Part shown: one piece after another, positions 12,047 to 23,597 of the stretch | Layout: each line of letters begins with the position of its first letter | Position numbering within the stretch: position 1 is the stretch's first letter | NCBI RefSeq assembly: GCF_000181795.1 | Contig: NW_003526943.1 | Span: forward strand, 2,675,666 to 2,739,665 | Length of the DNA stretch: 64,000 bases | Direction: 5' to 3' | DNA from: Trichinella spiralis | Taxonomy: Eukaryota | Notes under the pieces: generated by a model | What the model was told of the DNA's origin: nothing | Databases searched by the model: none | What the model saw: the letters and a program-made list of their open reading frames with translations, nothing else | Program-made: the position numbers and the translations under genes

Positions 12047-12277
12047 TCAGCTACTCTTAGATTTAAGCTCATCAATTTCGTACTTAAACGCAGTCAACTG
12101 CTTTTCTAATTGTTTTTCCGTAAAGACACTGTAAAAGTTGATTTTTCCATCTTCACCGAGCTTCCAATGAATTTTCAAAAATTCCAAAATAGCACCAACA
12201 GACATTCCAATCCAAACGGCGTTGTACCATTTCGTGATGTCGACGAAAACTTTGCGATTGACAGTTCGAAAAAGCAT
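12047..12277 (-). CDS. Small single-pass mitochondrial protein, SMIM4/UQCC5 (sloth1)-like, 76 aa
   Basis: GMSVGAILEFLKIHWKLGEDGKINFYSVFTEKQLEKQ parallels the remembered SMIM4 motif FxLGxxMEWxMIKxxVGxETFYDVYRRK. One TM segment and a charged tail. Confidence 0.72.
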   Translation of the reverse strand: MLFRTVNRKVFVDITKWYNAVWIGMSVGAILEFLKIHWKLGEDGKINFYSVFTEKQLEKQLTAFKYEIDELKSKSS

Positions 12278-12298
12278 AATTTCAAACCAAAGAAAAAG

Positions 12299-12541
12299 TC
12301 AGTCTGATTTGACTAAAGAATCACTTTCTCCGTTTTCCTCAGAGATTTCACGTAAAAATTCATCTTCGTACTTTTTCTGTTCCGAAAGAATTTTTGGTGC
12401 AATGTTATTCATAAGATCGTATATTTGATAACTGACAAAGCAGGTCAAAAAGACAGTTGTACCTAACAAGACGTTGACAGCTCCGCGGTGAAAACGATCC
12501 AGTATACTGTTGATGCGCTTCTGAGGTAATCTGAATATCAT
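12299..12541 (-). CDS. Small single-pass protein, COX14-like cytochrome c oxidase assembly factor, 80 aa
   Basis: MIFRLPQKRINSILDRFHRGAVNVLLGTTVFLTCFVSYQIYDLM fits the COX14 pattern (D-x-x-H-R-x-x-V-x-x-L-x-G-x-T-V, then TM and Y). ATG at 12541 lies 11 nt after a TTTAG acceptor at 12553; candidate 5'UTR donor GTAACT near 12679. Confidence 0.65.
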   Translation of the reverse strand: MIFRLPQKRINSILDRFHRGAVNVLLGTTVFLTCFVSYQIYDLMNNIAPKILSEQKKYEDEFLREISEENGESDSLVKSD

Positions 12542-13596
12542 TCGCTTTCTACCTAAATTACAAAAAGTCATTAAAAAATAAAATAAAATAAAATAAAACA
12601 AAAATTCCTAATATTTATACAAATACAAATTAAGCTACGAACTAATTGAGAATATTATCAAGAAAGCAAAAACAGTTACCACAGTAAATGTTACATGTTG
12701 TACAAAACTTGGTTGACATTCTTTAAATTACCCAGTTTAATTTCAACGTAGAAATTAAAAAATTATGAAATTGGAGTTTCCATTTTAATGATAAAATATT
12801 TTTCAATGAAATAATTATTAATTTTTTCTAATAAAATACTTTAATAACAATTATTATGCGTTAAATTCAAGACAACCAAAGCTGATAAAGTGAATATACA
12901 CAGTCGGCAATAAAGTAAAATAAATATAGTAAGAAAATGACGTTCAAGTTAGTTTATATTAGAATATTTTTCATTTCAACAAAAATTGTCATATTGCGAA
13001 AGGACTGTTATTATATTAATGACTGTATAATGTATAATTTCATCTTGCAACTTATCACTTTCTTCAGCACTGCTTTACGAGTACACACTGTGAATATTTA
13101 AAGCACTTCACAATTTTTGCCATGCCTTAGTATCATAAAGAACTATCATAACAGATGCGTGTAAATATTTTTAATATCAGTAAACTTTGTTGTAATAAAA
13201 AAGTTTTTACACTTTTTTTCGCTCTTTTATTCATAGAAAAATATGCTTAGATCATGTTGAATCTGACTTTTATTTTCTTTCAAATCGGTTTTTTCAGTTG
13301 ATTTTAATGCATTCGCTAAAAACAAATTGACTTGCCAATTTTCATTCTGATTTAAAAAATTTGCAACACGCAAATGTATGATTGATGACGCTCTTTTTAA
13401 AAAAATATCTCGCAATGGAGAATTGTTTGTGAATAAAAATTACACCGATCTTAAACACTGAAAAGTGAACTCTTCCAGACAGGTTCGTTTAATTTCACTA
13501 AACAAATTTCACCTATTTCTTAACCCAAGTAGAAATGGAAAAAAGAAATTAAAATAATCTGAAGACTAGTTAATTTCTTTTTTTTTGAAATTTGAT

Positions 13597-14506
13597 TCAG
13601 ACTATTATTTCTTGTAACCAAGATTTAAGTAGTTGTTTTCGTCGGGATGGTTCAGTGTGGAAATATTCCATTTGCCTTGGATCGTAACGCTCCTTCACAG
13701 GTACGACGTCACGAAAAGCAGCTGTTCGCCAAGAATTGTTGAACTTGTCCAACAGATCCACAATTTTTTCGTCCGCATTCAACAAATCCACCGGAAAGTG
13801 CTGAACCAAATTCCGCTCAACAATGCTAGGAAATATGTACAGAAACCGAAACGCGAACCAGCCCCCGTATTTTGGATGTATCGATACGCCGGCGATGCGC
13901 TGAAAAATTTTTAGAAAAAAATTAAATATAAATTCGATTTGGAAAATTAAAATTTGACAAACCTTCTGCTTGTCCCATGGATCAATTTCAACATTCATAC
14001 GTTGATAATAAAATGCGGCTCCGGATGCGTGGCCGGCAACATTCATGAGAACTTTTGGACGACGATTTGGCCACATGTCAAAATCGTGAATTAACACCAC
14101 ATCCTGAGGCAAAAGCTGGAAAAGCAATAACGATGCACTGTAAACAGAAAAGAAACATATTTCTTATTCATACATACATCTAAAAATTCACCAGCACATT
14201 CTTTCATGCACAAGTCCAACGGATCTCTCATGCAGTCAAACAGCAGTTCACGCTGTTTCAGCCAAGGCAAAAAGAAATTGCAAAACATTCTCGGTGTGCT
14301 AAGTACGAGAATCGCCAACGTATCTGCTTCATAGTCAAGATGGAAATGCTCATTTGCCAAATCATTGTACCACTGGATCTTGAATGTTAGGAAATGGATA
14401 AATGCGCATAAAAGCCAATTACAAACTGAACTTTAAAAGGATGACTTTCAAAGCCAATGTCATCGCAAAACTGCTTCTTGCATAGCTGCATTACCCGACT
14501 GCTCAT
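13597..14506 (-). CDS. MMACHC: Cobalamin-processing enzyme CblC (MMACHC), spliced
   Basis: GFESHPFK-IQWYN, DTLAILVLSTPRMF, DPLD, IHDFDMWPNRRPKVLMNVAGHASGAAFYYQR, RIAGVSIHPKYGGWFAFR, FNNSWRTAAFRDVVPVKERY. Start codon approximate. Confidence 0.93.
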
Positions 14507-16591
14507 CGCATCAACCACAAAACTATAAATACACAAATAATTTGGCAAAGCAGGACAATTTTAGTTTTACAAACATGTAAGGCTTTTTAATATTTTGAAT
14601 TTTTTTGATAACTGTCCTGCAGATCTGAAAATCTCCCAAACTAATAAATTCAGTACTATATGACATTTTAACAAAAGCACTGAAGCAATATTAAATGCCA
14701 AATTTTACATATTCTTACTCCAAGTTTTACAAACTGCGGAGCTGTCAGCGTCAATTATTTTCATTGCATATTTTATTTCCAAAGTTTTATTCAATATGTT
14801 CATACATAATTTTAAAGATTGACAGCTCCATTTGGCAAAAAGAATGCTGCCAAACAGCTGATGAATACTTATTTTCACTGCAAAGCAATTTAAAAGACAC
14901 AAGTGACTAAGCTAAATAATTAAAAAAAAATAACAGCAACCTTGTCAAGACCGACATGAATAACTCAGCATAAGTTATAAATGAAACATTGAAATTATAA
15001 ATAACAAAAAATGAATCACAACAATTGCACATCAATATTTTATTATTAATAGGCAATTATGCATGCAAAATATTAAAAATTGAAAAATATATAGTCATTA
15101 GATATGCCAATTGTAAAAAAATTAATGTTATACTGTAATTTAAGAATAGATAATCTGAAAATTCAAGGAACACAAAATTGCAAACAAATGAAATGCAAAT
15201 AAACGTAAAAAAATATACAAATGTTTTTTCATTAGAAAACATCCATGACGTCATATTTCAAATATGACAAATGATGCTCACCAGTTCTATATAAGATGCA
15301 AAAAAACAATACAATTATATTCGCAATTTTATTACAATGTTCTACTAAGTTATACATTATTACACTGTATGAGCATTCTAATTCTAATCATTTTTTAAAG
15401 ATACAAATTTTTACAACCATGTCAAAATAAAGTTAAATACAATTGGAACTGTTTGCAAAAATAACGCAATTAATGCGTATTAACTAAAAACTCTTTAAAC
15501 TAAAAAAGTAAATTTAATTCAAAAAAGTTTTCAGATATTACCTCTAATTACTTTTATAAATATACCCGTATGGTAAGAATGGTGATTAAAAAACGTTTTA
15601 TTTATTTACAAAAAAAGTGTGCAAGTAAATATTACAAATGCCAAGTTTGCATTATTTAACAATACATGTATATAAAATGTTATATTAAAATTTTAAGTAA
15701 ATAATTTATAAAATGTTTTAATAATAAGTAAATTAATATATTAGATTAAAAAATGCTCATATTTTGTGAAAAAAATAACATTATCCAACATATATAAAAT
15801 ATGTTTAGAATCGTCATTTACCTCATTTATTTTATTAATAATTAATAATTTGCCTTTCTGAAATAATAGGCATGTATGTAGCAATTTTAAGATAAAAGTA
15901 AACATCATTTTATATTCAAAATATTCACTACAGTATTTCTTCGAGAAAAGCATGTTCATCGTTCATTATAAGCACGATTATGAATTATGATAAAATTTAG
16001 TTATCCTTTATTTCAATAAACTAAATAATATAATGTATTTTTTAATAAAATATTAAGTTTTATGTGAAAATATATAAGAAAAACATTTTAAATATAAATT
16101 TTAGAAAATAATGTTATCAAAAATTTCAAAAAAATTTATAAAAAGTCATCGCACAACTTTTTTCAATGTATGTATATATATTAATATTTTATTTTTATTT
16201 TTTTCTTTTTTTAAAATAAGTTAAGCAATTTTTTGTCTCGAAAACAATATGTGCTTTAATTTTTAATAAAATTTATAAAAAATTGTAAGAAATAGTATTG
16301 TATTTATGTAATAAATGTTTGTATGCTAAAATCTGCAAAAGATTTTATTTGGTACATGCTCTTTAAAAATTCATTGTTGACCACACAAGCTCATTTCATG
16401 CTACAGTATGTAATTTAAACTTGAATTCGTTTGCTTTAGTACAGTTTAGATAAACTTTCAGTTCTTAAAATAGATGAGGTATTATATTGTTTTGTGATGT
16501 TTAGTTGTATAAAACTGAGTCGTATTTTTGTGTACGTCTAATATATGGTTCAACAAATGGCAATCATGTACTGCTTTTGCTAGATCGACAG

Positions 16592-19500
16592 ATGGAAGTG
16601 GAAAACTTGAACCGTAGTTTATCATCCATTTTATCTGACCAAAGCAAGAATCCAGCGATCTCAGATGATCGCCGCTTTATTGATAAAAAAGGTAACGTTG
16701 ATAGTAAAGTACAAGATGTAAATGGTGACCATCCGAACAGGGGATCTGTGGAAGTCTTCGATTTGGCTTCGTCGAGTCAAGTAATGGCTAATGTGAATGA
16801 ATTCGATCCATATTATGTCGAGAGGGCTGCATCCCGAAATGGCGTTTCTTCGAATGCGTGGACTGGAAACTGGTTTGGAATTTCTGACAATCCTTCAACA
16901 TCATTTCAAGAATGTGATTTGCCAGTGTCATCAAAATTACCGCCTTTAATTTCAGTCGGGTCAAGAAATGGATGTTATGGTTCCAATCAACAGCATTCAA
17001 ACGGAGCGTACTACTCATCTGAGGGTTTGACTTTGCAAAACTCAATTTCAGTGGGTACGATGTCGCATCAGGAGGAAGTTTTGAAGAAATATTCTGCTAA
17101 ACGATCGGATCCGAGAATGGATTCAATTCTCCCTTCGTGTGGGACATTTTTATCTCCAACTGAACATGCATCGAATCAAAATGGGTGCATATCTTTATTG
17201 AATTCAGATACATCTTGCAATTTTGGTTCTTACACTTTTGGAAATAACAACAGTGATGCTGTTCTTCTGAAATCTTCTTCGTCGTATCTGTCAAAATCAC
17301 TTTCTTGCCCAAATTCTGGACTAATTCCGGTGACCGCAGCCGAGACGGTCTCCAATTGCAACGGGTTTTGTACGTTTCGTGACTCTAAACCATGCCATCA
17401 ACGCCGTTTGAACGGTTATCAGTTTTGTATACGACACATACTGAATGACAAAGATGCACCTTATCGGTCATGCTCATTTGTACGAGTTCAAAATGGAAAA
17501 CAAATACCCTGTAGAAACAGCATTCTGAAAAACAAAAATACTCAGTAAGTTATAAAATTAATTACGATTCTTCTGCACTGTAATGTGTTATTAAATTTGT
17601 TCGATTTTATCACCTTTATTACGCATAATACGCGCTTCATATGCTTCAAATATAATCGATTATTTCTTCTAATTTCAATACTACAACCACTGATTGGATG
17701 TGCATTTCAAGCAAGACTAGTTGTCGAACTTTAGAGTGTTTTTCATTTCATTAATTAAGGGAAAATGCTTACTGCTTTAATGTTTGTTTTATGCAGGTTA
17801 TGAGTTTTATATTTAAAAAAAAAGTATTTCAAGTTTCATAAAAATTCAAACATTTGTTTATGCAAATATAACAGAGATGATTATTGTGTTGCGAAGATTT
17901 TTTGCAATTGTTTGTCGAATACACGATACACATTTCCAAAATGAGTAATTAAAGCTAGCAGTTCATTTTGTAAATTGACTGGCTTTTATTTGCATTGGAA
18001 AAATTTATTTTATTTACAGTTTTGCACCGAAGAATTTTTTATTTGTTAGCTTTGCCAACTTTGCAGTTGTATATGTTATCGATTGCTTTTGTCACATAAA
18101 AAAGTACATTATGCAATTTTGTTTTCATGGTAATAATAATATGTTTAGGTATAATAAATTAAAAATTTTCTCGTCATAGGGTTTAATTTGTTTATTTTAT
18201 ATTGATGAATGGCTTTTTAAATTTATGAGTTAGTAGTTGGTAAAATGTTTAGTGCGAAGATGTGAATGATGATATATATATATATTGTTGCTATTAGAGG
18301 TTTATTTAAACGCCTTGGCAGTTTGCCAACGTCATTTCGCATTTTAAAAGTTGTTGACGTCAGTCATGGAAGTTTTCTACATTGAGGTTAAAAAAAATTT
18401 TTTTCTTCACGTTCTGCGCTTGATTAAAGGAAAATTGTATAATTTAATATTGGAAATGTGGCGTGTTTTTGAAATGCCTTTTACATATAAATTTAGCTTT
18501 GTGTCTGTGATTCATTGTGCAAATATATGGAAGGTGTAGTATGTGTGTGTGTGTGATTGGAATGGAATTCTCCTTATTTGATTAAAATTTTGAGCAGCTC
18601 ATTAAAAGAACCAAAGAAATTGTTTAGTATTCCAATCATAAAACATACAGAACGACGAAATGCTAATGTTTGCCTTTGTCATCATTAAAATGGACGTCCT
18701 TTTCTCTGTTCTAATGTGATGCATTTTGTGATGATAAAGTATTTGTTAAAGATGTTTGAAAATTCAGTGGTGAAAAAAAGCACGTGTTATTGAAATTGAA
18801 ACTATTTAATTGAATTGTTACTGTTTTGTTTGCTGGAATTGAATTTTTTTTTTCCATTTTAACTTTACCTTCCTCAAGTATTTTATTTTATGATCGTATC
18901 AGTTGAATTGTACCAATTGGTAGATGTAGTCGAAATAGAGGATTTTTGTTTTCCAATCGACAAATTCTTGTTGTAGTCATTATTTCAATTGTTTAATATG
19001 TATTTTGTTGTAGGTACTGCAGCACACATTTGATCAAACTTGGTTTCAAAGAACCCAAATCAAGAAAGAAGACTGAAAAGATGATGAACAAAGTCGAGGA
19101 TAGTCCGTCGGGGTCATTGGTCAGCGGGGGTCAGATGAAAACGAAGGTGCCATTTTTCCCCGACTTGGCCGTGCCGAGGGTGCAGGCGCAGGCCCAGTCG
19201 CAGCTTGCGCTGAATGAACCGCCAAAGCTGATCAAAGCCGAACAACAGCGACAGTACGACAGAAATGGCTTCACGTTGTCCGATCAGCCGGGGCAGCAAT
19301 ATTCGAGGGTGAAGAGTGAAAATACAACGTGGGATGGTGGTTCGGGCGGCTACCGTAACGTGGGAAAAGTGGAAAATTCCTTGTCCGCCATGCTGAACTC
19401 AGTGCCGCCGGGCCAGAATTCTCGTTCTTCGTTTCAGCATGCTCCAATCAACGCTTACCCGTTGGGCGATTTTCAAGCTCAGCCCAATGGCGTCAGTCCA

Positions 19501-20959
19501 GTAGTACAGAAGGATGCGAAGGATCATTGCAAGTCGGCAGTTGTACCTTTGAACTGCGCTCCAAAGCCGCCCGCCCAGCGCTATTCGGGACTGACCAGCT
19601 TGCTTCAAGCGCCGCTGGTCGAATCCCCTCCTCCAGTATTTTCCACTTCCAATCTCGGGTATGCAAATTTGCGTTCCTTTCCCACCAATGCGGGTGCTTT
19701 GGTTCCATTACGCCCTCCGTCGACTCTTGGCGGCGGCTGTGCGTCGGCGTCGCCGTTTCCCGTCGATCCGCCAGTGTTAGAGTGTTCGAATCCAAACGCG
19801 CCGTTGCCGACCTTGGCGCCGGCCCCTTTGTACGGCCGAAAATGCATCAAGGTCCACGCAAAGCAGAGATTTTTCCTCAGCCAAGGTCGGCACAGGCAAA
19901 TTCCAGAAGTTGGTCGCCTGTGTCATTTGCTTGAAAAAGTCGACGCCGAACGGAAAGATCTGTTTCCACTGGGTATCCGTTTGTTTATTTGTTTGTTTGT
20001 TTGTTTATTTTTTGTTGTTCGTCAGGATTGGAAATGAGCGACAGCGAAAGCGAATTGGACGAATTGGACGACATTTCAACTTGTTCCAACGGCGCATTGT
20101 TGGCTGCATCGGCGTCGTTGTCTTTTAGAAATGAGTAGGAGGAGAAGACATTTTTTTATCACCGATTATATATATATATCTAATGGAAATGGCGATTTTT
20201 AGGTACTCAGTGGACACTACGGAGATTTATTTGGCGAACAAAGCGGTCAACATTCGAATGCTGGAGTGGAACAACAAGTTGCCGTTGGTCGATTCGATGG
20301 TAAAAGTGAGTAGGCAGTTTCCAAGCACGGCAGGTCGAGTGCTTGGCGAGAAGCAGGATGAGAAGAGTAAAAAGTTGCACAGCAGCAGTTCGGCATTGAC
20401 CAAACGGCGCCTGCTTTTGGTCGGCTGCCAGTACAAGTTGTCGGCGCCGGCCGACGGTTTGGATGTGAGCCTGGGCATTTGCAACAAGCCTCGGCTGCCA
20501 TACAGCGCCTACTGCGTTCGCCATCAGTTGAGCAACGGCGAGCAGATGTTGTATGCGCGGTGCAGCGGCAAGGACTGCGACCAGCCGGCAATTGAAGGTC
20601 TGGTCTCGGGTCCGTCGCCGGTGTGCCATTTGCACTCTTACTTGAAGCTTTTGGTTCCAGTGTCAACTAGCCTATTGCCACTGTCCGGCGTGGCTGAGCC
20701 AACATCCAGCTCCAATAACGGTAATGCGAATAGCAGCGGTATGTTGCCGACGACGACGAGGGGACGTCCGACGACGGTTGGGTCGAAAAAGAAAAAAGCT
20801 CCGACCAACACAACGCGGAAAGAACGAAAGAAGAAGGCGAAATTGGGCTCTGATAACCTTGCACCCGTTTCTGAAACCACTAGTAAGTAGCAGTTTTTGC
20901 ATAACAACAACAACAATAATATTTTATGTATTTTTTTAAATTTCAAGTATATATATATA

Positions 20960-20991
<32 letters not shown>

Positions 20992-22516
20992 TTGTTTTTT
21001 TATTTGAAAGTTGATTAATTATATACTTATTGAAAAAGGTAAGGTTGTGTTTTGCATGTTTGCCGTCTGCGCTAGTGGTAGTCTTTATTCGAGTTGAGCA
21101 CGTTCGATTTTTCCGATCAGTTGTGGAAGGCAGCTTTGTGGGCTGCTTCACAGTCTTCTGGGAATTGATTGCGATTATGCTTATCGATCGTGAACGAACG
21201 ATTGGATGGCGATTGATTTTCAAAAACTCATTCAGTTGTGCTTTTCTCCCATTGCCTAGCCATTACTGAATGATCAGATGATGATGATCCTGATCATTGG
21301 GTACTTGCTGGTATTTTTTTTCAATCCATTCTCTTTTTTTTGTTTAATGCTTTTTCTCACCTTCGGGCATCGGTTGTGAAGAAAGAGATGTACCTCTGAT
21401 TCTGATTCATCTGTTTGTGATAACGCAAACTTTTTTGTTTGTTTTCATTTCTACTTTATTTCTATTTTATTACTTCGAATTATATTTGAAAAAGGAAACC
21501 AGACAACTTTTATAATTGAAACGATTCATGTCACAGTTGCCTGCTAGCTTGCATTTTTTCTGTTTTAGATTCTTTGGAAAATTCTACCAAATCTGTGGAT
21601 TTCTACGACTGTGTCAAGTGCAGTTCACCACAGGATGCCCAACTGACATTGGTGTCGGCTGTACAAGAACTTGGTTTAGAAGCGCACGAATTGAACGAAA
21701 TGCTAGGCTTTTTGCCAGGGGATCCTTTGGCTGCTTTGCTTGATTCTGAAATGTGTACGTATAGATTGCGATTACTTATTATTATTATTATTGTTTGGAA
21801 TTGTATGGTGATACAAATTCATTGTTGTGACGTTAGTGCGTGTTGTTTGCTTTTGAAATTTTATTGTCAATTTTACAGTAGAGAATAGATTGAAAGTAAT
21901 TGTGCGTGTGGCAGTAATATTTAATTCAATTCAGTATTGTCTATTCAAAAGTGTTTGTATTGTAGCTCGATCAACAGGGTTTGTTGAAGAAAGCTCAAAA
22001 GAGAGCCAACTGCTCGATCAAGCGTTGATGTTGACTTCTGACCACAGTTGGGCAGACGTGGAACAGTTTCTGCTGTCGGAAGGGTATAAATCATCTGACT
22101 ACACGACGACGCCGACGAATTTTTCCAACTATCCATCGGTTGAACCATTGCCATCGGCTTGTACCTCTGGTGAGGATGATTTCAGAACATGCAGATATTT
22201 GTCTACTGCGACTGGTCCCCAGCGTGTGGATGCGTCCGTTTTTTACGCGCCCACAGTGCCGCAAACTTACAACATGGATAGTGGAATTGGATATGGTACA
22301 CCGCCGCCAGCCAACATGGTAAGTTACCATCATCATCAGCAGCAAACACATCATCAGCATCAACACCAACCTCCTCCTCTTCTTCCTGCTCATCATCAAC
22401 ATCATTCAGTGGGTGGTATTGGTGGTCATCATCAAATAGGTTTAGACAACAATATCAACACGCAGACAATGAACCCGAAATCCAAGCCTTCGCAGCTGGG
22501 CATTTATAATCTTTGA
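16592..22516 (+). CDS. INO80D: INO80 complex subunit D-like (two zf-C3Hc3H motifs); exons about 16592-17544, 19014-19972, 20027-20134, 20203-20882, 21569-21754, 21966-22516
   Basis: CHQRRLNGYQFCIRHILNDKDAPYRSCSF...CRNSILK...QYCSTHLIKLG matches the INO80D N-terminal motif. Second motif CNKPRLPYSAYCVRHQLSNGEQMLYARC. Splice phases are consistent; His/Gln/Pro-rich C-terminus. Confidence 0.82.
20948..20991. repeat. (TA)n microsatellite
   Basis: Visible TA run in an INO80D intron. Confidence 0.9.
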
Positions 22517-22594
22517 AGAATTAAGAAAGCGTATACCTATGGATATGCATGCATGCACGCGCAGGGTTTCGAAAATTGTTTTTTGGTTTATTTA

Positions 22595-22624
22595 TTTGTT
22601 TGTTTGTTTGTTTGTTTGTTTGTT
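22595..22624. repeat. (TTTG)n microsatellite
   Basis: Tandem TTTG units in the putative 3'UTR. Confidence 0.85.
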
Positions 22625-23570
22625 TTACTGTTTGTCTGTTTTTTCTTTTTTCTTTGGGGTTTCAAATGTGACATGATAGTTAGTTTATGTGACGCATTTC
22701 AACCCTGGAACAGAGCTTTCTTTATCAATGATGTGTAAAAACGAGAAAAAAAGTTGTCCATTGTATTTTCTATTCAACAGAAATGTACAATATGTAGCGT
22801 ACTCTACTGGCATTTTTTGACTTGCATTATGAATATCCTTTACCGCTTTTTTTGTCTTCTTCTTCTTCTTCATCTCCTTCTCCTGTGCCCATTTTTGCCC
22901 AGAAAAATATTTTCATTGCGCCCTCGTCGACGGAGCGGTTGTATATTTTACTTTTTTTTATTTTTAGCTTTTTTGATAGAGAGATATGTTATGTATATAT
23001 TGAAAGTGCAATTTTATTAATGAGAATAAAAATTTCCACGCCTTCGTTGTCTCGTAGGATTGTTTTGCTGCCACCGAACGAAGTCCATAGGATGACGTCG
23101 AGAATAAGCGCAAGTCAGGACGAGCCAGCAAGACAGATGAGATGAGAGCCGAGGGAGGCTTTTCTTGTTTCACTTTTGGAATGTCAAACTACGAGTGCAA
23201 AATATGGGCGTGGCGCCCCAATGAACGGCGGCGGCTAAAGCAACAACGAGAAAATGAAAAAAAAAAAAGCAAAATCTGTCTTCTGTTTCACATCAATTTG
23301 CATATTTTTTTTCTCTTGCAACGTATTTGCTTTGGCTGAGACAAGTTGGCAGGAGCAGAGGGGAAGAAAATTGTCCCCTGACGTCATTCTATTGTTGCTG
23401 GGCTTTTTCGTTGTTTTCATTCAAAACAGCGTGCAGAGATGACGAAGACGATTAGCTGAAGAGGGGGGAAGAAAGCGATTGGATTTTAGCCGGCGGCTGT
23501 ATTTTCTATCTATTCTCAATTTCTTTTCTGCATCACTTGTTATTTTCCTCATGCACGGAACAAATGGCTT

Positions 23571-23597
23571 GTGCGTGCGTGCGTGCGTGCGTGCGTG
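23571..23597. repeat. (GTGC)n microsatellite
   Basis: gtgcgtgcgtgcgtgcgtgcgtgcgtg. Confidence 0.9.
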
